From Promethearchaeota archaeon (GTDB lineage: Archaea; Asgardarchaeota; Lokiarchaeia; Sigyniarchaeales; SOKP01): a stretch of 18,115 nucleotides of DNA. The translations under genes were made by a program, and so were the position numbers. The notes beneath the pieces are model-generated. The model ran no database searches, had not been told where the DNA came from, and saw only the letters and a list, made by a program, of their open reading frames with translations. Shown here piece after piece: positions 1-6,983 of the stretch. Position 1 is the first letter of the stretch. Each line of letters starts with the position of its first letter. Location: the NCBI GenBank assembly GCA_018238625.1, contig JABCSY010000087.1:1-18115 (forward strand), written 5' to 3'.

Positions 1-275
1 CCATTTTTCTTAAGTTTTTTTAACAAGGTTATGAATTCACGAGTTAATGATTCAATTTCTTGCTTTCGACCGTAATACTTAGTGTTTGTATCATTTTTGA
101 CAGGATTTGGACTGGATCGAAATCGATATCTTATCACTTCAGTCTTGTAATTGAAATAAGTTCGGAGTTGGCGTGAAAGTTCTTTTATTTTCCTTGCTCC
201 CTCAATTTCATACCAATCATTAAAAATACCATCATATTCTGATCTAAAATCAGAATCTTCAATATAATGCGTCAT
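1..275 (-). CDS. N-terminal fragment (truncated at window edge) of a probable archaeal/AAA-type P-loop ATPase
   Basis: Manual translation from ATG at 275 is open to the edge: MTHYIEDSDFRSEY...SPNPVKNDTNTKYYGRKQEIESLTREFITLLKKLKKNG. 'YYGRKQEIESL' resembles the F(V/Y)GRxxE(L/I) motif that precedes Walker A in archaeal/STAND-type ATPases. Walker A is not in the window. Confidence 0.5.
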   Translation of the reverse strand, partial: MTHYIEDSDFRSEYDGIFNDWYEIEGARKIKELSRQLRTYFNYKTEVIRYRFRSSPNPVKNDTNTKYYGRKQEIESLTREFITLLKKLKKN

Positions 276-373
276 AATTTATTATTTTAAATCTTTTATA
301 AGATAGACGCACTATTTGTATTTAAACAAAAAATGTTTTTTATGCTAATCTAAAGTTGAGTGCTAAAAGGATT

Positions 374-562
374 TTATAATCGTTCTTTTGAACCAATGGA
401 TAAAACTAATCTCTCAATCTCTTCAAAATTAATTTTTTTTTCTAAAATTTCTCCCATTTCTTGTAAATTGTTAAAACTTATACTTGAATCTGTATTATCT
501 TTACATGTACGCAATATCTTCTCTAACTCTTCTTTTCTCTTCTGCTTAATCTGTGCCACCAA
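374..562 (-). CDS. Possible small hypothetical protein (62 aa, charged, helical)
   Basis: Protein-like K/E-rich composition, co-oriented with the 1..275 gene, TTG/GTG start. No recognisable motif. Confidence 0.3.
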   Translation of the reverse strand: MVAQIKQKRKEELEKILRTCKDNTDSSISFNNLQEMGEILEKKINFEEIERLVLSIGSKERL

Positions 563-645
563 TATAAATGAGATGATATTATAATTAGATAATAAATCGA
601 TAAATGTAAATCCATAATATTTCGAATTGTATTTTAGGTCAAATC

Positions 646-659
646 GACAACCTTAAATG
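646..659 (+). promoter_or_regulatory. Candidate BRE+TATA for the methyltransferase-HgcA-like operon
   Basis: CGACAA-CCTTAAAT about 65 nt upstream of the start. AT-rich context weakens the call. Confidence 0.35.
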
Positions 660-719
660 TGAAATATTATTTTATATTTTGAATCTTCATAATATGAAAA
701 ATTAATTTGAAAAATTTGA

Positions 720-2393
720 TTGAAAATGGCTGTAGCTTTCATGCGTAAATTGGAGGAAGAACCAGAGACTTACGATTCGAAGTTTACTTCACTTACGAAA
801 GGAGTAAATGTTAAAGTTCATAATTGGGTATTGGATCAAATTCAATCAGATCAATCAATCTTAGAAATTGGGTCTGGAACGGGCTCATTAGCTTCAAAAA
901 TGGTTTCAAAAGGAAATGTTGTTGTTGCAATTGATAATAACATTCAAATGATTAATTTTGCTAAGCAAAAATACTCAGATACTTTAGAAAATGGTGCGCT
1001 ATTGTATCGATTAGCTTCATTTACGGATTTACCCGTTGAAAAAAGATCCGTAGATGTAATTGTCAGCACATTTCTATTATCAGAACTTCGACCGTTAGAG
1101 CAACAAATATTTCTTAGGAACGCTTGGAAAGCGTTAAAACCAAATGGTCGCTTGATATTAGCCGCAGAGTTTGTTCCATCAGGGTTTTGGAAGGTCAGTT
1201 TTAAAATAAAAAGGTGGTGGTTCAAAAAAAAACTGCGTCGCCTTCGTTTAAAAAGTACTTTTTTAGTTAAATGGTTTTTCAATTACATTGAACCAATAGG
1301 TTTTAGGATCGGAAACCAGAAGAAATGGAAGCACGGTTCAATTCAAGCAATTGAACTACTAAAAATTAACGATAACGGAGAAGACGAACCCGATTATTAT
1401 CGTCCCAAAACAAAGAAGTTTAAAGGAATTATTTCGCAATTGAGAATATATCGATGCCTTTTTACTGGACAGATAGATAGAGTTCCAATAGAACCAGGAA
1501 TATATAAATCTGGTAATCCCAATAACAACTCTCCTATTATCGTAACGGCAAATTACGAGTATACATACATAAAATTAATGCGCGATTTACAAGGTATTGA
1601 TGCGTGGGTTTTATGTTTGGATTCTAATGGAATTAACGTATGGTGCGCTGCTCGCGGAGATGATTTTGGCAACAAACAGCTACTAGAAGCCATTGAAGCA
1701 ACAGATATTCGAGTAATTTCAGAGAAAAAGACTTTAATTCTCCCCCAACTCTCAGCAGGAGGGGTTGCTGTACCTCAATTACCAGAAAAATTTCCTTTCA
1801 AAGTAAAATACGGTCCTGTTTGGTCAAAAGATCTAAAGCAATTTTTATCCGAGCGACCAGTCCGAAAACCAGATTCTATGAAACTTGCCAAATTTACTTT
1901 ATCTCATCGAATTCGCGCTGGAATCACGCACACTACCTTTTTATTCCGAAAAATCTTTTTAATTCCAATAATCGCAATTTTACTTTCGTTTTTCGCCTTA
2001 AATAATAATGCTATCATATGGTGGCTTGGAGAATTAGTAATATGGATCGTTTTGTCAAATGTAATAATATCGATCTTCTTTCCACTCTCTAAATTTAGCC
2101 GTAAATTTATTGTTAAAGCTATATTTTTTGGCTGTCTTAGCATATTTTTTATAGGGGCAATTTCTTGGATATTTCATAGTTCGTATCTTTATTTACTCTC
2201 GAACTTAGTTATATATTTCTGGATAACATTCTTTTCTACGATGTCTTTTAGCGGATACACGATGTCAACCAGTCCGAAAGAAATTCAAGCAGAATATCCT
2301 GTTTTTAGAAAAATAAATCTTACTCTAATAATTTTAGTCGTAATTCTATTAGGAATAAACATAATATTTTTTATGTTAAATATAATAAATTAA
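720..2393 (+). CDS. Fusion: class I SAM-dependent methyltransferase + HgcA-like (CdhD/CFeSP-family) corrinoid domain + ~5 TM helices (start TTG 720 or ATG 726)
   Basis: MTase motifs LEIGSGTG (861-884), VVAIDNN, DLP...VDVIVS, LKPNGRLILAAEF. HgcA-type motifs PIEPGIY..GNP..NSPIIVTANY, WVLCLDSNGINVWCAARG, LILPQLSAGGV, KYGPVWSKDL, then a hydrophobic C-terminus with SFSGYTMSTS..EI..E (cf. HgcA NFTGxxxxTS..GVxxE). Confidence 0.9.
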   Translation: MKMAVAFMRKLEEEPETYDSKFTSLTKGVNVKVHNWVLDQIQSDQSILEIGSGTGSLASKMVSKGNVVVAIDNNIQMINFAKQKYSDTLENGALLYRLASFTDLPVEKRSVDVIVSTFLLSELRPLEQQIFLRNAWKALKPNGRLILAAEFVPSGFWKVSFKIKRWWFKKKLRRLRLKSTFLVKWFFNYIEPIGFRIGNQKKWKHGSIQAIELLKINDNGEDEPDYYRPKTKKFKGIISQLRIYRCLFTGQIDRVPIEPGIYKSGNPNNNSPIIVTANYEYTYIKLMRDLQGIDAWVLCLDSNGINVWCAARGDDFGNKQLLEAIEATDIRVISEKKTLILPQLSAGGVAVPQLPEKFPFKVKYGPVWSKDLKQFLSERPVRKPDSMKLAKFTLSHRIRAGITHTTFLFRKIFLIPIIAILLSFFALNNNAIIWWLGELVIWIVLSNVIISIFFPLSKFSRKFIVKAIFFGCLSIFFIGAISWIFHSSYLYLLSNLVIYFWITFFSTMSFSGYTMSTSPKEIQAEYPVFRKINLTLIILVVILLGINIIFFMLNIIN

Positions 2394-2419
2394 AAAAAAA
2401 AATCATAAATTTGACGAAA

Positions 2420-2749
2420 ATGACAGAATCAAATCAAAATTCATGTTGTAGTGATGGTACTGATGCAGTACAAAATATCTTAAATGTTCTTGGGATTAGA
2501 ATTCTTATTAACGAACCGTTATGTATTGGTTGTGGACTATGTGGCGAAATATGCCCGTTTGGTTTACCCAAATCAAATGATAATGGAAAATACGAAATAA
2601 AGAATCCAGAACTCTGTACTGAATGTAGTGCTTGCCAAAGAAACTGCCCTACTCGCGCTATTATTATGCAAGAGCACGTAGGATGCGGATGTTTGTGGGA
2701 CTCACGACAACGAGCAAAAAGCAAAGGAAACAGTTGTAATTGCTCATAA
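2420..2749 (+). CDS. HgcB-like 2[4Fe-4S] ferredoxin with extra Cys pairs (alternative TTG start 2411)
   Basis: CIGCGLCGEICP and CTECSACQRNCP motifs, followed by AII...VGCGC (cf. HgcB CxECGAC..NCP..AI.V..GVGC). Directly downstream of the hgcA-like gene. Confidence 0.88.
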   Translation: MTESNQNSCCSDGTDAVQNILNVLGIRILINEPLCIGCGLCGEICPFGLPKSNDNGKYEIKNPELCTECSACQRNCPTRAIIMQEHVGCGCLWDSRQRAKSKGNSCNCS

Positions 2750-2780
2750 AAACAAATCTAAAGATCAAATTAGATTAAAA

Positions 2781-3071
2781 TTGATGAGAACTATGAAGCA
2801 ACAACACGATAGTAAATTAAAAGTAGATATATACGTTCCTTTAGACGCGTGTGCTTGTATATGGGACGATTTTATGAATCGGATGTTTGAAGTGCTTACT
2901 CCTTACATGAAAAATATTGACTACAATACAAAAAACTTAAACTCCGAAGAAGCTCGCAAATTAAAGCTATACGGAAATTGCGTTGTTGTTAATGGTAAAA
3001 TAAAATTTACTAGTTCCTACTTACTCAAAGATAAATTACCAAATTTACTTAAGGAAAAAGCTCTAATGTAG
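2781..3071 (+). CDS. Small thioredoxin-fold-like protein with CxC motif (ArsD/redox-disulfide-like)
   Basis: Beta strand KVDIYVP then ACAC, a helix, and C-terminal EEARKL...VVVNGKIKF resembling small Trx-like proteins of ars operons. The fold is inferred. Confidence 0.6.
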   Translation: MMRTMKQQHDSKLKVDIYVPLDACACIWDDFMNRMFEVLTPYMKNIDYNTKNLNSEEARKLKLYGNCVVVNGKIKFTSSYLLKDKLPNLLKEKALM

Positions 3072-3111
3072 ATTTTTATTTTAAAATAAATTTTGTAGAG
3101 GTTAAAAAAAA

Positions 3112-3468
3112 ATTAAAAAAATCAATTTTGAAATAAGCATACCAACTAAGGGACTACAACAAGGAAAAAAGTATACCGTTTACGTAAAAGATAACGCTTC
3201 TTTTATCGAAACCTTGGCGATGGTTGACAAATTAGAGATGGAAGTTCCTAAAGAATCAATTTTCCCTATAAATGAAGGGTACATTCACAATTATCTACAG
3301 CTGTTTGTAAATCTCGAAGAAAATTCTATATATGATGATGTCGGAATTTATGCATATGGTCCAGATGAAAATGGATTTATGCGTAGATTTAACCCAATTC
3401 GAGAAAACATAGAATTTAACCTGTATCCAGACAGTGTAATACAATTACAACCAGATGTTGGGTGCTGA
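3112..3468 (+). CDS. Probable beta-grasp (MoaD/ThiS/Ubl-like) protein ending in Gly-Cys; possible selenoprotein (ORF track start 3214)
   Basis: The frame is open from 3106 and GAGGT (3098-3102) lies 9 nt before ATT at 3112. Sequence (M)KKINFEISIP...KKYTVYVKDNASFIETLAMVD...LYPDSVIQLQPDVGC parallels the MoaD/SAMP pattern (...L.DGDxVxIxPPVxGG). Confidence 0.6.
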   Translation: MKKINFEISIPTKGLQQGKKYTVYVKDNASFIETLAMVDKLEMEVPKESIFPINEGYIHNYLQLFVNLEENSIYDDVGIYAYGPDENGFMRRFNPIRENIEFNLYPDSVIQLQPDVGC

Positions 3469-3576
3469 TGAGAAAAAGTGAAAAATAGACTCGATATCGG
3501 AAATTTTAAAACCTTCATTGGTAAAAAATACGGAAGAAATAACGAGTATTTTGCCCACTATTTTAAGAAATACGAA

Positions 3577-3633
3577 TCTTAATAATTTGGATGAGATCTT
3601 TCGTTAAATGAGAGTGAAAGATGGACATTAGGA
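3577..3633 (+). promoter_or_regulatory. SECIS-like RNA hairpin (eukaryote/Lokiarchaeota type)
   Basis: AUGA at 3591-3594; 10-bp helix 3596-3605/3613-3622; apical AAA at 3606-3608, 11 nt after AUGA; GA at 3624-3625; possible lower helix 3577-3583/3627-3633. Confidence 0.5.
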
Positions 3634-3697
3634 AGGCCTCCTAATATGAATGTGAAAATAAGCTAAATTAAGAGTGAAGAAGAGAGATGATGTAAGT

Positions 3698-4132
3698 TTG
3701 AACAAAACTAAATTAATTGTTCTTTGTACGGGAAATTCAGCGCGCAGTCAAATGGCAGAAGCCTTTTTAAGGAGATATGCGAGCAAGCGTTTTGATATCT
3801 ATAGTGCGGGATTTGTGATTAAAGGAGTTAATCCTTACACAATTAAAGTTATGGAGGAAATTGGCTATGATATGAGTAGCCACTACTCAAAATCGTTAAA
3901 TCAATATTTAGATAAAATTCATTTTAAAATTGTAATTACAGTCTGTTCAAAAGCGGAAGAAATGTGCCCAATCATTCCCGGTGTTGAAATTAAATTACAT
4001 TGGCCTTTTGAAGACCCAGCTTCGTTTGAGGGCACAGAGAAAGAAAAAATGCTCAAATTCAGAGAAATTAGAGATAAAATGCATGAGCATGTTAAATCAT
4101 GGTTAAAAGAAAGAGGAATTGTAAATAAATAA
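3698..4132 (+). CDS. arsC: Thioredoxin-coupled arsenate reductase (LMW-PTP fold); alternative GTG start 3674
   Basis: P-loop CTGNSARSQMAEA, resolving cysteines in TVCSKAEEMCP, HWPFEDP, FREIRD. Confidence 0.9.
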   Translation: MNKTKLIVLCTGNSARSQMAEAFLRRYASKRFDIYSAGFVIKGVNPYTIKVMEEIGYDMSSHYSKSLNQYLDKIHFKIVITVCSKAEEMCPIIPGVEIKLHWPFEDPASFEGTEKEKMLKFREIRDKMHEHVKSWLKERGIVNK

Positions 4133-4186
4133 TTTTCAAAATATGAAATTTAAAAAACTGATTTTAATTTTATAACTCGATATTAA

Positions 4187-5143
4187 ATGGATTTCTTCTC
4201 TCATTTTTTAATTGGAATATTAATTAGCATTTTCACTCTGAATAAATTGAGTTTTAGTATTGTTTTATATGCTGGTATGATGTCTGTTTTAGCTGACTTC
4301 GACATCATTTTTGAACCATTACAATTAATAAAAAAATCAAATCTTTTTGCACATAAAGGGATTTCACATTCTTTTTTTTTCGCGGCAATTATTTCCGCGA
4401 TTACAGGAAGCATATTTTCAATAATTACAGGAGAACTGTTTTTTCTAGCATGGTTAATCGGATTCTTATTTTATAGTATGCACAACATACTCGATTTTCT
4501 TACAGCTTCCAAAATTCCGATATTGTACCCTTTTTCAAAAAAAAGATATCGATTTTTTATAGATAGGGCAATAAATATTTTCTTAGCAGCTATATCTGGA
4601 AGTATTATTTTGTTTTACTTTATAATTTTCTTCCTCTGGCCAGAGTTATACTTTTCAAACTTGGTAATTTTTTTTTTAGGTTTCTACGTCGTGTATTTCA
4701 CTTATCGAATTTTAACCAAAATATGGGTCCAATTCAGATTACCTAAAAATATACATTTCATTCCAGGAATTCTTCCTTTCACTTATATGGTTTACGAAAA
4801 TAAGAAATCAGAGGAAACTATATCATTTAAACTTATTAAAAAATTCCAATTTCGTTCGAAGACTTCTCAATTAATAGAATCTGAAATAAAACTGTTTTCC
4901 AACGAAATGCAATTGTTTGAAAAAGCAGTTTTGTTAAGTAAGAAATATTCTTTTTTTTCCAAGTGGGAATTTATTATACCAGTCATCAAGAAAGACGAAA
5001 AAAACATCATTGTGATATTAATTTTAGCTGAAAGTTTCATGTCAGGTCATGTGTACTCTCTAAAAATTGTATTTGATTTAGTTAAAAATAAAATAGTTAA
5101 TGAGGTTGAAGGTTTCAATTATAGAGTAAAATCTAATAGCTAG
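4187..5143 (+). CDS. YdjM-like membrane-bound metal-dependent hydrolase with C-terminal soluble domain
   Basis: MDFFSH, LADFD, HKGISHS, MHNILD and ILYPFS motifs with multiple TM segments. Confidence 0.8.
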   Translation: MDFFSHFLIGILISIFTLNKLSFSIVLYAGMMSVLADFDIIFEPLQLIKKSNLFAHKGISHSFFFAAIISAITGSIFSIITGELFFLAWLIGFLFYSMHNILDFLTASKIPILYPFSKKRYRFFIDRAINIFLAAISGSIILFYFIIFFLWPELYFSNLVIFFLGFYVVYFTYRILTKIWVQFRLPKNIHFIPGILPFTYMVYENKKSEETISFKLIKKFQFRSKTSQLIESEIKLFSNEMQLFEKAVLLSKKYSFFSKWEFIIPVIKKDEKNIIVILILAESFMSGHVYSLKIVFDLVKNKIVNEVEGFNYRVKSNS

Positions 5144-5233
5144 TTATATAGAATAAAACTTACATTTTAGCTAAATAATTATCAAAGATTCCAACATCTT
5201 AATGATTTCATTATATTTTAAAAAGTATATTAG

Positions 5234-5245
5234 AAAAAAAAAAAA
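5234..5245 (-). terminator. Oligo-T (T12) terminator after the binding-protein gene
   Basis: A12 on the + strand, starting 18 nt past the stop at 5263. Confidence 0.5.
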
Positions 5246-5262
5246 GTTATTATTTAAATATT

Positions 5263-6672
5263 CTATGCATTAAAAGTCCAGCCATCCCAAGGTTCCCCAG
5301 GTAACCCATTTGGAGTCTGATACGTTCCTGTCGCAAGGGAATTTGGATAAACTCCAAGTGGAAGATCTCCAGACGGAACAACAGCCTTAGTCCCGTTAGC
5401 TTGCCACTGAACGAATAATGTATACCCGTAAGGATACCCTTCTTGAATATCATGGCTTACTGTGAAAGCGGCCATTCCACCTGCTCCTTCAAGAGGGGTT
5501 GCTGTAGTAATTGTTTCAAGTGTAGAAACAATTGTATCGGCGTTAAAAGATTGAGATCCGTTAATTGCCCACGCATAAGCATATATAGCATCGTAACTAC
5601 CAACTGCCGTATACAATGGTTCGTGGTTGTACTTAGCAACAAACGCGTTCCAGAATGGAATTGACATTTCTGTTTTACTTGTATTATGTAACGCTTGTAA
5701 AGTTGTTTCGAAAGCACAATTTCCATTAGAATCGTCCCAGAACGTATCTAATTGAGCCTGAACGTCAACACCAACTACGACAAATCCTGGTTCAGCAGTA
5801 GCGTACGAATTCATCATGAGAATTCCTCCTTGCGCTGAAATTACGGGAATCAAAATCTGCGTAGCGTTACCATCAAGTTGGCTTATATATCCATCCATTT
5901 GCGTTTGGGTAACTGTAATCGGATAGGCGATCTCTGTAGCGAGAGTTAGACCGGGAACATAGTACGGTAGAGCAGCTTTCAACCCGTCTACTAAGGGGGT
6001 CGTCCAAGTTAAATCTTCGTAAAGCAGACTAAAACTGTTAATGTTTATCGAAGGATTAGTTGCATTTAAATAAGCTACTGTATATACTAAGAATTGGATT
6101 ATTTCAGCTCCTAAAGAGGACGAATTTATAGGCATATTTCTAAAGAAATATTTATACCTGTCGTAGTTGTCAAGAACATTTTGGCAGAAATCATCCGTTG
6201 CGGAGCCAGTATTAATAAAGGGAATTTTGGCGTCCATAATTACTTCTTGATAAGCTAGTAAAGATTCGGATCTAAACCCTCCAGTAAGGAATTGAGCCCT
6301 CTTATAACTAACAATTCTTTCTGCAGCAGCAACTCCTTTGGTTACATCTAAATTAGGGTTAGATTCGTCAGTATCTTCGGCTGTAATTCCAATGTAATAA
6401 GTTTTTCCGCCAACGGTAACTCCGCCTGCTTGGTTAATCTCGTAGGCTGCCAATTTTGCGCCCTCTAAAGCGCCTGCTCCTTGAATATCGGTTAATCCAC
6501 CAAGTACACCTACCCTGATGATCTGATCTTCTGTTAGTCCTGTTGGTGCCCCTGGGCAATCCTTAGATTCCCATTTATACGGCGAAACAAATATAAAGAC
6601 CGTAATACCAACCACGCTACCAATTACGACGATGAAAACGATAGCTAAAATTCTTTTGGTTAATGGTTCCAT
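5263..6672 (-). CDS. livK: ABC transporter substrate-binding protein, LivK/LivJ-like, N-terminally membrane anchored
   Basis: N-terminal TM helix; IRVGVLG...GAKLAAYEINQAGGV, EDT, GGFRSE, YDAIY; several N-x-S/T sequons; divergent from livHMGF. Confidence 0.88.
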   Translation of the reverse strand: MEPLTKRILAIVFIVVIGSVVGITVFIFVSPYKWESKDCPGAPTGLTEDQIIRVGVLGGLTDIQGAGALEGAKLAAYEINQAGGVTVGGKTYYIGITAEDTDESNPNLDVTKGVAAAERIVSYKRAQFLTGGFRSESLLAYQEVIMDAKIPFINTGSATDDFCQNVLDNYDRYKYFFRNMPINSSSLGAEIIQFLVYTVAYLNATNPSININSFSLLYEDLTWTTPLVDGLKAALPYYVPGLTLATEIAYPITVTQTQMDGYISQLDGNATQILIPVISAQGGILMMNSYATAEPGFVVVGVDVQAQLDTFWDDSNGNCAFETTLQALHNTSKTEMSIPFWNAFVAKYNHEPLYTAVGSYDAIYAYAWAINGSQSFNADTIVSTLETITTATPLEGAGGMAAFTVSHDIQEGYPYGYTLFVQWQANGTKAVVPSGDLPLGVYPNSLATGTYQTPNGLPGEPWDGWTFNA

Positions 6673-6849
6673 TTTTTAATCACTTTTTTGGATAAATTTT
6701 TGTTTAACACTATCTAATTCAGATAAACGTATATTTAAAGCTTTAGGCTTTTTAAAACATTTTGGGTAAAATGTTAGCAGAAACTATTGAGATTTATCTA
6801 ATTAGCATTTTGTTAAAAATTCCACAAATTCAAATCGTTCTTCGCCTAA

Positions 6850-6868
6850 GAAAAAGCTTTTTATATAA
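6850..6868 (+). promoter_or_regulatory. BRE+TATA candidate for livH operon in the divergent intergenic region
   Basis: GAAAAAGC-TTTTTATATAA. A second TTTATATAAA lies at 6951-6960, and a minus-strand TTTAAATA at 6739-6732 could serve livK. Confidence 0.45.
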
Positions 6869-6983
6869 TGAAGTAAAAATATTTTTAACTTAAATTAATT
6901 TAAATTATTAGCAATAATCAAGATCATATTTAGTAAAATAGTTATTTTAATTTATATAAATAATTTCTATTGTGTGGATATAA

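Noticed and set aside
720-1365. ArsM arsenite methyltransferase
   Set aside because: The domain contains none of the cysteines ArsM requires.
2392-2402. A11 run after the fusion gene as terminator or phase-variation tract
   Set aside because: Wrong strand for an oligo-T terminator, intergenic, and similar runs are common in this AT-rich DNA.
720-2749. Calling the pair canonical hgcA/hgcB and the organism a mercury methylator
   Set aside because: The cap helix (AARG) and ferredoxin motif (CTECSAC) deviate from the canonical forms and the architecture is different; activity cannot be inferred from sequence.
3698-4132. Low-molecular-weight protein tyrosine phosphatase
   Set aside because: The downstream Cys pair (TVC...MCP) and HW.F.DP fit Trx-coupled ArsC better.
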